NCBI GenBank assembly: GCA_046759165.1
Contig: JBHIBS010000047.1
Location: 1-11,591 of the forward strand
Source: a bacterium
GTDB lineage: Bacteria; UBA6262; WVXT01
Length of the DNA stretch: 11,591 nucleotides
Direction: 5' to 3'
Position numbers and translations under genes: made by a program. Shown piece after piece: positions 1 through 7,404 of the stretch (positions within the stretch are counted from its first letter, which is position 1; every line of letters begins with the position of its first letter). The notes under the pieces are model-generated. The model did no database searches and had not been told where the DNA came from. It saw only the letters and a list, made by a program, of their open reading frames with translations.

Positions 1-6
1 TCCTTC
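1..6 (-). promoter_or_regulatory. Possible partial Shine-Dalgarno site of the next gene (outside the window; tuf or rpsJ expected by synteny)
   Basis: The minus strand ends in ...GTAGAAGGA at the window edge; the downstream gene is not visible. Confidence 0.35.
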
Positions 7-34
7 TACATTCTTTGATATATTCATATCCTTA

Positions 35-80
35 TAAGTTGATAAGTAACTATTGCCCATCCCCTTAAATTATCAACTTA
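35..80. repeat. 11-bp perfect inverted repeat downstream of fusA
   Basis: TAAGTTGATAA (35-45) is the exact reverse complement of TTATCAACTTA (70-80); 24-nt spacer. Confidence 0.75.
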
Positions 81-103
81 AAACTTATCGAGTTATTCTT
101 ATT

Positions 104-2176
104 TTAGACTACTTCAATAATTTTTCTGGTAATCTCCTCTGGAACTTCCTCATAATGGGAGGGCTCCATACTATAGGTTGCCCGACCTTGCGTTATGGAC
201 CGTAAACTGGTAACATATCCGAACATCTCTGCCAGGGGCGCAAAACCATCTACTATCTTCATTTGACTTCGCCTATCTATCTTTGTTATTCTTGTCCGGC
301 GAGTGTTAAGGTCGTCAAGCACGTCTCCTAAATACTTCTCAGGCACCACGACCTCCAATTTCATCACCGGTTCTAATAGAACAGGGGAAGCCTTCTTCAT
401 TCCATCATGTAGAGCTATGGCAGCAGCGTTCTTAAATGCCAGCTCAGAGGAATCCACCTCATGGAAACTACCATCCACTAATGTCACTGCCAGGTCAACC
501 ACTGGATATCCAGCCAGCATGCCAGCTTCCATTGCTTCACGAACTCCCTTCTCTACAGAAGGAATGTATTCTTTGGGAATTCTCCTTTCCTTTACCTTGG
601 CAATAAACTGGAATCCAAAGCCTCTTTTCCGGGGCTCCACTTCTAAGAGAACATGCCCATACTGCCCATGACCACCTGTCTGCTTGATGTATTTCCCTTC
701 CTGTTTAAAAGGCTGAGTGATAGTCTCTTTGTAAGCTACCTGGGGCTTGCCCACATTTGCTTCAACTTTGAACTCCCTCAACATCCGATTGACAAGAACC
801 TCCAGATGGAGTTCTCCCATGCCGGAGATTATGGTCTGGCCCGTCTCGCGATTGAGCCTTACTTTGAAAGTGGGGTCTTCATTTACCAAGGCATTTAAAG
901 TTGCAATCAACTTCTGCTCATCACTTTTAGTTTTCGGCTCGATAGCCAGGAAAACAACTGGTTCAGGAAAATGCATGGGCTCCAGAATTATTGGACGATG
1001 CTGAAGACAAAGGGTATCTCCAGTAATAGTATTCTTAAGCCCCGCCACTGCGGCAATATCACCGGCATATACCATCCCGATGCCTTCTCTATGGTTAGCA
1101 TGCATTCGCAGAATACGACTTATTTTCTCCCTTATATCTTTAGCAGCATTATATAAATAGGAGCCTGCTCTTAGTGTCCCCGAATAGACACGAAGAAAAG
1201 TCAATTTTCCCACATAGGCATCAGCCATTATCTTAAACGCTAAAGCGCAGAAATCCTCTTCATCGCTGGGTTCTCTCTTCTCCTCTTTTTGGGTCCGAGG
1301 ATTAACCCCTGATATGGCTGGTAAATCTTTTGGGGAAGGCAAATAATCCACCACCCCATCTAAAAGCATCTGAACTCCCTTATTCTTCAGCGCCGAGCCG
1401 CAGAAGACAGGCACTATCTTAACCGCAAGCGTTGCCTTGCGGAGAGCTCTAATTATCTCATCACTCCCTATCTCCTTAACATGGATGTATTTCTCCAAAA
1501 AGCTCTCATCCATTTCCGAGAGAGCCTCCAGGAGCTCTTCCCGATACTTTCTTGCCAAGGGAAGAAATTCCTGCGGAATATCTATCTCCTCATAAGTTAC
1601 TCCCAAATCCTCTCCCTTATAGAGTCGAGCCTTCATCCTGATCAAATCGATGACTCCGCTAAAATCCTCCTCTTTACCAAGAGGTATTTGCACCGCATAA
1701 GCTTTTGTCCCTAACCTCTCCCTCATCCTATCTACTACCCAGAAGAAGTCACTCCCCACGCGGTCCATCTTATTGACAAAAGTTATGCGGGGAACACCGT
1801 ATCTATCTGCCTGCCGCCAAACTGTCTCTGACTGGGGCTCAACCCCCTCCACCCCGCAGAAAATCACTATGCATCCATCCAGTACTCTCAAAGACCTCTC
1901 CACTTCTACGGTGAAATCGACATGTCCAGGAGTATCAATAATATTTATCCGGCAATCCCGCCAGTGGCAGGTAGTCGCTGCCGAAGTAATTGTAATACCT
2001 CTCTCCTGCTCCTGCTCCATCCAGTCCATTGTTGCTGTGCCTTCGTGCACTTCGCCCATCTTATAAATCTTTCCAGTATAATATAGAATTCTCTCAGTAG
2101 TTGTAGTTTTGCCAGCATCAATATGGGCAACAAGTCCTATATTCCTCACCTTTTCTAACGGAAAATCTCTCTCCAT
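104..2176 (-). CDS. fusA: Elongation factor G (EF-G), about 690 aa
   Basis: GTPase motifs [30 protein letters not shown]; domain [12 protein letters not shown]; domain [13 protein letters not shown] and [10 protein letters not shown]; follows rpsL-rpsG. ATG at 2176 ([14 protein letters not shown]) is preferred; the ORF-track TTG at 2182 is an alternative. Stop TAA at 104-106. Confidence 0.99.
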   Translation of the reverse strand: MERDFPLEKVRNIGLVAHIDAGKTTTTERILYYTGKIYKMGEVHEGTATMDWMEQEQERGITITSAATTCHWRDCRINIIDTPGHVDFTVEVERSLRVLDGCIVIFCGVEGVEPQSETVWRQADRYGVPRITFVNKMDRVGSDFFWVVDRMRERLGTKAYAVQIPLGKEEDFSGVIDLIRMKARLYKGEDLGVTYEEIDIPQEFLPLARKYREELLEALSEMDESFLEKYIHVKEIGSDEIIRALRKATLAVKIVPVFCGSALKNKGVQMLLDGVVDYLPSPKDLPAISGVNPRTQKEEKREPSDEEDFCALAFKIMADAYVGKLTFLRVYSGTLRAGSYLYNAAKDIREKISRILRMHANHREGIGMVYAGDIAAVAGLKNTITGDTLCLQHRPIILEPMHFPEPVVFLAIEPKTKSDEQKLIATLNALVNEDPTFKVRLNRETGQTIISGMGELHLEVLVNRMLREFKVEANVGKPQVAYKETITQPFKQEGKYIKQTGGHGQYGHVLLEVEPRKRGFGFQFIAKVKERRIPKEYIPSVEKGVREAMEAGMLAGYPVVDLAVTLVDGSFHEVDSSELAFKNAAAIALHDGMKKASPVLLEPVMKLEVVVPEKYLGDVLDDLNTRRTRITKIDRRSQMKIVDGFAPLAEMFGYVTSLRSITQGRATYSMEPSHYEEVPEEITRKIIEVV

Positions 2177-2186
2177 AATCAAACAT

Positions 2187-2234
2187 AGCCTAAGAGCTTG
2201 AGAGTCTAAAAGCCCAAAACTCTAACAGCCCAAG
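2187..2234. repeat. Six degenerate 8-bp tandem repeats (consensus about AGCYYAAR on +)
   Basis: Plus strand, contiguous: AGCCTAAG AGCTTGAG AGTCTAAA AGCCCAAA ACTCTAAC AGCCCAAG. Confidence 0.7.
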
Positions 2235-2255
2235 TTCCCTTCCAATTAATTAATT

Positions 2256-2293
2256 CAGTCTTTTAGCCTAGGAACTTCTAGGCTCCAAGACTG
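2256..2293 (-). other. Stem-loop immediately after the rpsG stop codon
   Basis: CAGTCTT (2256-2262) pairs with AAGACTG (2287-2293) and AGCCTAG (2265-2271) with CTAGGCT (2278-2284); 2x2 internal mismatch, 6-nt loop. On the mRNA strand it is followed by AAUUAAUUAAUU rather than a U-tract. Confidence 0.75.
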
Positions 2294-2299
2294 CAGTAT

Positions 2300-2770
2300 T
2301 TACCAGCGATAGTGAGCAAAAGCACGGTTGGCCTCAGCCATTTTGTGAAGGTCTTCCTTCTTCTTCACCGCCAGGCCTTCATTATTTGCAGCTGCAACTA
2401 TCTCCTCAGCCAGTTTTTCGGACATAGGCTTGCCCTTTCGTAGTCTGGCAAACTGGGTTATCCAACGCATTGCTAAGTCGACCGACCGTTCCTGTCTTAC
2501 CTCAACCGGAACCTGATAGGTGGCTCCACCAACCCTTCTTGCTCTTACTTCTAAGGCAGGCTTCACATTACTTACAGCTTTATTGAATGCGTCCATGGGG
2601 GAAAGGTTAAGTTTCTTTCCCGCAGTCTGCAGAGCCTGATAAACAATCTGTTGAGTTACCTTCTTCTTTCCCTTTAACATTATCTTATTTATAAATTTAG
2701 CTAAAATCGAACTGTTGTAAATATGATCTGGCTCTATTTCTCTTCTTCTTACTTTTCCTTTCCTTGGCAA
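2300..2770 (-). CDS. rpsG: 30S ribosomal protein uS7
   Basis: MPRKG N-terminus, [15 protein letters not shown]-terminal [18 protein letters not shown] start 7 nt after AGGAGGT. Confidence 0.99.
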   Translation of the reverse strand: MPRKGKVRRREIEPDHIYNSSILAKFINKIMLKGKKKVTQQIVYQALQTAGKKLNLSPMDAFNKAVSNVKPALEVRARRVGGATYQVPVEVRQERSVDLAMRWITQFARLRKGKPMSEKLAEEIVAAANNEGLAVKKKEDLHKMAEANRAFAHYRW

Positions 2771-2777
2771 GGGCTGA

Positions 2778-2784
2778 ACCTCCT
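2778..2784 (-). promoter_or_regulatory. Shine-Dalgarno site of rpsG (AGGAGGT)
   Basis: AGGAGGT lies 7 nt upstream of the TTG at 2770, in the 16-nt rpsL-rpsG spacer. Confidence 0.9.
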
Positions 2785-2786
2785 GT

Positions 2787-3176
2787 TTAAGCCGGCTGTG
2801 TTGCAGTCTTTACTCTCTTTGTACCGTATCGCGAGCGCCCTTTTCTTCTGTCGATTACCCCGGCAGTATCTAAGGTGCCCCGCACTACATGGTAACGGAC
2901 CCCTGGCAGATCCTTCACTCTTCCCCCTCGAATCAAAACTATGGAATGCTCTTGCAAATTATGTCCTATCCCTGGTATATAAGCAGTCACTTCCATGCCG
3001 TCACTCAGTTTCACCCGGGCCACTTTTCGCAGTGCTGAATTGGGCTTCTTGGGTGTCGTAGTATAAACACGAATACAGACTCCTCTCTTTTGAGAACACC
3101 CGCCTAAGGCGGGTGTCTTTGCTTTCTTCTTGATCCTTCTTCTGCCTTTTTTTATTACCTGATTAATTGTAGGCAT
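2787..3176 (-). CDS. rpsL: 30S ribosomal protein uS12
   Basis: [42 protein letters not shown] motifs; ATG start. Confidence 0.99.
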   Translation of the reverse strand: MPTINQVIKKGRRRIKKKAKTPALGGCSQKRGVCIRVYTTTPKKPNSALRKVARVKLSDGMEVTAYIPGIGHNLQEHSIVLIRGGRVKDLPGVRYHVVRGTLDTAGVIDRRKGRSRYGTKRVKTATQPA

Positions 3177-3182
3177 CTTTAG

Positions 3183-3188
3183 TCCCCC
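3183..3188 (-). promoter_or_regulatory. Probable Shine-Dalgarno site of rpsL (GGGGGA)
   Basis: G-rich tract 6 nt upstream of the ATG at 3176. Confidence 0.6.
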
Positions 3189-3251
3189 GTCTCGCCCCCC
3201 TTTGTCTCAGACTTCAGACATTATTGAGCTCTGTAGATGATGCTTTCAGCG

Positions 3252-6200
3252 TCAGGTTCCCAACACCTTTTGATAGTCAGACATTCCTGTCCCTGCAGGA
3301 ATTAGCCTCCCTATTATGACATTTTCCTTCAATCCTTGCAAACTATCACTCTCGCCAGACAGACTGGCATTTGTCAAAACCCGTGTTGTCTCCTGAAAAC
3401 TCGCAGCAGAGATAAAGCTATCACTAGAGAGAGCAGCCTTAGTTATACCCAAAAGAACTGGACGGTACTGAATGGGGCTTCTACGCTTAGCCCTAATCTT
3501 CTTATTTTCTTCTATAACTTTAGCTTTCTTAACTGTCTCTCCCACAAGAAAGCCGCTATTCCCGCTATCTTCGATGCGAACATTGGACAGCATCTGGCGT
3601 ACAATAACTTCAATGTGTCTATCGTTAATTTTCACTCCCTGCAACCGATACACTTCTTGTATCTCATTAACTAAATATTCCTGTACCTCCTTATCTCCTT
3701 TTACCCTGAGGATGTCACGGGGATTGATTGGACCGTCGGTTAAAGGAGCTGCCTCCGCTACCCTGTCTCCCTCGTAAACAACCAGATGGCGGTCTGGTGG
3801 TATCGGATATTCCTTAGGTTCCCCTACATCGGGGATAACAGTCACCTTAAATGCTCCTTTCTTAGTACTCCCCAGTTTTACCACACCACTAATTTCGGAG
3901 ATAACTGCACTGTTCTTGGGATTTCTGGCTTCAAATAGATCGGAGATTCTTGGCAGTCCACCAGTGATATCACGAGGCTTGTAATCGACTTGGGGAATCT
4001 TGGCCAGAACATCTCCTTGAGAAACTCCCACTCCGTTTTCAACCACAATGTGCGTATCAATGGGCAAAAGGTAAGTCGCCAATTTTTTTCGATTCTCATC
4101 AACTACTTCTATCCGGGGTCTGAGTTTCTCAGAACGGTAGGGAATAATTATCCTTTCCTTTAAACCTGTGTTTCGGTTTATCTCCTCGTGCAGACTTACA
4201 CCATCAATAATATCTTCCAATCTAACCTTGCCAGAAACTTCGGAAATAATCGGCATGGAATAAGGATCCCACTCTGCCAGCAACTCTCCCTTTTTAACTT
4301 TCGTATTCTCTTTAACTTTCAAGCGCGCACCGTAAGGAACTAATTGATACTGCTCTTTACTTTGCCCTTTTAAAGGTCTAATACTTATCTCGCCATTACG
4401 ACTAACCACAATCAGCTGTTCCTGTTTATTCTCTATTGTGCGTATATAATGGTATCTAACTACTCCATCATCTTTAGTTATGATCGATGACTTTTTCACA
4501 GGTCCTGTAGCAGTCCCTCCGATATGAAAGGTTCTAAGAGTTAGCTGTGTCCCGGGCTCGCCAATAGATTGTGCTGCCACGATCCCAATAGCTAAGCCAA
4601 TTTCAGCCAGCTTTCCTGTAGTCAGATCTATGCCATAGCAGTTAGAGCAAATGCCATTTGTGGACTCACAGGTTAAAACTGAACGGATTCTAATTCGTTC
4701 GATCTCAGCTTCCTGGATTTTCTTAGCTATCTTCGGAGTGATTATCCGTCCTGCTTCTACAACGACCTCATCGGTTAAAGGATGGGCGACCCTATCAATG
4801 CTCATACGCCCCACAATCCGCTCACTTAAGGATTCAATAACCTCATCGCCCTCTTTTAATTCACTCACGCGGACACCATTCATTGTGCCACAATCTTCCT
4901 CACAGATTACAACATTATGGGCAGCATCGATCAGCCTGCGAGTAAGGTATCCAGCATCTGCGGTCTTCAGGGCTGTATCGGCTAAGCCCTTGCGTCCCCC
5001 GTGTGTGGATATGAAGTATTCCAAAACCGTGAGTCCTTCCCTAAAGTTAGATTCAATCGGAGATTCTATAATTTCCCCCACTTTGCCAGTAATTCTCTTT
5101 TCGGGCCTTGCCATTAACCCTCGCATACCGGCAAGTTGCCTGATCTGCTGAACGGAACCCCGTGCTCCAGATTCAGCCATAAGGTATATTGAATTGAACT
5201 TTGGATTCCCCTTCCTAGCCACCTCCAGCCCCTGGTTTTTCAACTCTATAAACATAGTATCCGCTATTCTATTGGTCACGCTGGTCCAGATATCAATGAT
5301 ATTATTATACCTCTCCGCCTCAGTAATTAAACCCTGGCTATAATTTGATTCAATCTTCTTCACCTGAGTTCTGGCCGATTCCAACAACTGTTCCTTTATC
5401 TGAGGCGTTCTCATATCATCGATGGAGATGGTAATTCCAGATTTGGTAACATATTTAAAACCCAATGCTTTTATCTCGTCGAGCAAAGCCAATGTCCTAT
5501 AATTGCCCAGTCGGTGGAAACACTTCTGGATTAAATCTGCCAAGCTCTTCTTATCAATTACTGTATTGACAAAACGAAGTTCCTCGGGGATGGCCTGGTT
5601 GAATAGAATTCTGCCCACAGTCGTATAGTCTTCCCAGCTGTCCCAGTTAATGAAATCTTCTTTTCCCCAATCCTCCCGTTCTCTAATCTTATTGATTCCT
5701 CTCACTTTTATCCGGGCGTGAAGGTCAACCTCACCCTCCTCGTAGGCTACTATAACTTCATTCACACTGGCAAAGATTCGTCCCTCTCCTTTTACTCCTT
5801 TCTTCTCTTTAGTCAAATAACAGCACCCTAAGACTATGTCCTGTGTGGGCGTTACAATGGATTGCCCATTAGCTGGAGAAAGAATATTATTTGCTGCTGA
5901 CATGAGCACCTTTGCTTCCATGCAAGCCTCAGCAGACAAGGGCACGTGCACTGCCATTTGGTCACCGTCGAAATCAGCATTGAATGCTGCGCAAACCAAA
6001 GGATGTAATTGGATTGCTTTGCCTTCGACCAGCACTGGTTGAAAGGCCTGAATTCCTAACCGATGAAGGGTAGGGGCTCTATTAAGTAGAACAGGATGGT
6101 CACGTATGACCTGTTCCACAATATCGAAAACCACTGGGGTCCGCTTTTCCAGCTCCTTTTTAGCGCTCTTCAAAGTTGTCACGTGTCCCTGAGCGATTAA

Positions 6201-7364
6201 CTCATTTAAGATAAAGGGCTTGAATAATTCTAGAGCCATCTCTTTCGGCAGGCCGCACTGGTGTATCTTCAGACCGGGGCCAACGACGATAACAGAGCGA
6301 CCAGAATAATCGACCCTCTTCCCAAGCAAATTCTGGCGGAAGCGCCCCTGTTTCCCTTTCAGAATATCTGAGAGAGATTTCAATGGCCGATTGCCAGGAC
6401 CATTAACTGTCTTACCCCGAGCTCCGTTTTCAAATAGAGCGTCCACGGCTTCTTGAAGCAAGCGCTTCTCAGAATGGATCATCACTGCGGGGGCCTTGAG
6501 ATTTTCAATATGTTTTAACCTATTATTCCGATTAATTATTCTCCTGTATAAATCATTCAAATCAGAAGAAGCAAACCTTCCTCCTTCCAGAGGAACTAAT
6601 GGTCTAAGTTCTGGCGGAATCACCGGAATACAGTCGAGGACCATCCACTCCGGTTTGTTCCCTGATTTAATAAAGCCATCGACTATCCTCAGCTGTTTCA
6701 CCATCCTTGTCCTAGTAGTTTGGGCTATCTCTTCCTTTATTCTTGATCTCAAATCCTCGGCCATCTTAACCAAATCTACTTCTTTAAGCATAGTCTTTAC
6801 TGCCGATGCTCCTATCTCTGCCTTAAATGCCTTCTCACCATATTCTGTTTTGTATCTCTCATATTCTTCCTGTGAGAGAAGTTGCTTTTTAAACAGGCCT
6901 GGCACTTTCCCAGGATCAATTACAACGTAAGCGGCATAATAGATAATTCTTTCCAAATCTCCCAGCTTCATATTCAAAAGCATCCCAATTCGAGAAGGGG
7001 GTTTTCTCAAAAACCAGATATGCGCAACCGGTATCGCCAATGCTATATGTCCCATTCTTTCCCTTCTCACTTTAGCCTCTGTAACTTCCACTCCACAACG
7101 ATCACAGATAATTCCTTTATGTTTGGACCACTTATATTTCCCACAACTACATTCATAATCCTTAACCGGCCCAAAAATTCTCTCGCAAAATAGACCCTCC
7201 CATTCTGGCTTGAAAGTGCGGTAGTTGATCGTTTCTGGCTTCTTAACTTCGCCATAAGACCAGCCTCTTATCTGTTGCGAAGAAGCTAAATGTAGCTGTA
7301 CCGACCTAAAATCCGTGTAGTCCAATTTTTCTCTAAATTTTTTTATTCTCGCTTTCTTAACCAA
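3252..7364 (-). CDS. rpoC: DNA-directed RNA polymerase beta' subunit, 1370 aa
   Basis: N-terminal Zn ribbon (CSC...CDRC), [23 protein letters not shown], catalytic NADFDGD (5961-5981), bridge helix [19 protein letters not shown], trigger loop [16 protein letters not shown]-terminal [20 protein letters not shown] start with SD AGAGGTGA. Confidence 0.99.
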   Translation of the reverse strand: MVKKARIKKFREKLDYTDFRSVQLHLASSQQIRGWSYGEVKKPETINYRTFKPEWEGLFCERIFGPVKDYECSCGKYKWSKHKGIICDRCGVEVTEAKVRRERMGHIALAIPVAHIWFLRKPPSRIGMLLNMKLGDLERIIYYAAYVVIDPGKVPGLFKKQLLSQEEYERYKTEYGEKAFKAEIGASAVKTMLKEVDLVKMAEDLRSRIKEEIAQTTRTRMVKQLRIVDGFIKSGNKPEWMVLDCIPVIPPELRPLVPLEGGRFASSDLNDLYRRIINRNNRLKHIENLKAPAVMIHSEKRLLQEAVDALFENGARGKTVNGPGNRPLKSLSDILKGKQGRFRQNLLGKRVDYSGRSVIVVGPGLKIHQCGLPKEMALELFKPFILNELIAQGHVTTLKSAKKELEKRTPVVFDIVEQVIRDHPVLLNRAPTLHRLGIQAFQPVLVEGKAIQLHPLVCAAFNADFDGDQMAVHVPLSAEACMEAKVLMSAANNILSPANGQSIVTPTQDIVLGCCYLTKEKKGVKGEGRIFASVNEVIVAYEEGEVDLHARIKVRGINKIREREDWGKEDFINWDSWEDYTTVGRILFNQAIPEELRFVNTVIDKKSLADLIQKCFHRLGNYRTLALLDEIKALGFKYVTKSGITISIDDMRTPQIKEQLLESARTQVKKIESNYSQGLITEAERYNNIIDIWTSVTNRIADTMFIELKNQGLEVARKGNPKFNSIYLMAESGARGSVQQIRQLAGMRGLMARPEKRITGKVGEIIESPIESNFREGLTVLEYFISTHGGRKGLADTALKTADAGYLTRRLIDAAHNVVICEEDCGTMNGVRVSELKEGDEVIESLSERIVGRMSIDRVAHPLTDEVVVEAGRIITPKIAKKIQEAEIERIRIRSVLTCESTNGICSNCYGIDLTTGKLAEIGLAIGIVAAQSIGEPGTQLTLRTFHIGGTATGPVKKSSIITKDDGVVRYHYIRTIENKQEQLIVVSRNGEISIRPLKGQSKEQYQLVPYGARLKVKENTKVKKGELLAEWDPYSMPIISEVSGKVRLEDIIDGVSLHEEINRNTGLKERIIIPYRSEKLRPRIEVVDENRKKLATYLLPIDTHIVVENGVGVSQGDVLAKIPQVDYKPRDITGGLPRISDLFEARNPKNSAVISEISGVVKLGSTKKGAFKVTVIPDVGEPKEYPIPPDRHLVVYEGDRVAEAAPLTDGPINPRDILRVKGDKEVQEYLVNEIQEVYRLQGVKINDRHIEVIVRQMLSNVRIEDSGNSGFLVGETVKKAKVIEENKKIRAKRRSPIQYRPVLLGITKAALSSDSFISAASFQETTRVLTNASLSGESDSLQGLKENVIIGRLIPAGTGMSDYQKVLGT

Positions 7365-7370
7365 TTTGGC

Positions 7371-7378
7371 TCACCTCT
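7371..7378 (-). promoter_or_regulatory. Shine-Dalgarno site of rpoC (AGAGGTGA)
   Basis: AGAGGTGA lies 6 nt upstream of the TTG at 7364, within the 40-bp rpoB-rpoC spacer. Confidence 0.85.
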
Positions 7379-7404
7379 AAAATTCAGAACTACAAATTTG
7401 ATTT

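Noticed and set aside
1..27. Possible ORF start MNISKNVEG running off the window on the minus strand
   Set aside because: Only 9 codons are visible, the AAGGA is just 1 nt from the ATG, and it does not resemble EF-Tu or uS10 N-termini; the terminal GAAGGA is better read as the next gene's SD.
2187..2293. CRISPR array or canonical rho-independent terminator in the rpsG-fusA spacer
   Set aside because: The repeats are 8 bp, contiguous and spacerless, and the hairpin lacks a U-tract on the coding strand.
2787..3176. Possible streptomycin-resistance alleles in rpsL
   Set aside because: TPKKPNSA and RVKDLPG retain the canonical Lys residues.
3220..3249. Putative sigma70 promoter for rpsL (CTGAAA-18 nt-AATAAT on the minus strand)
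   Set aside because: Both hexamers lack the first conserved T and the spacing is suboptimal; not distinguishable from chance without TSS data.
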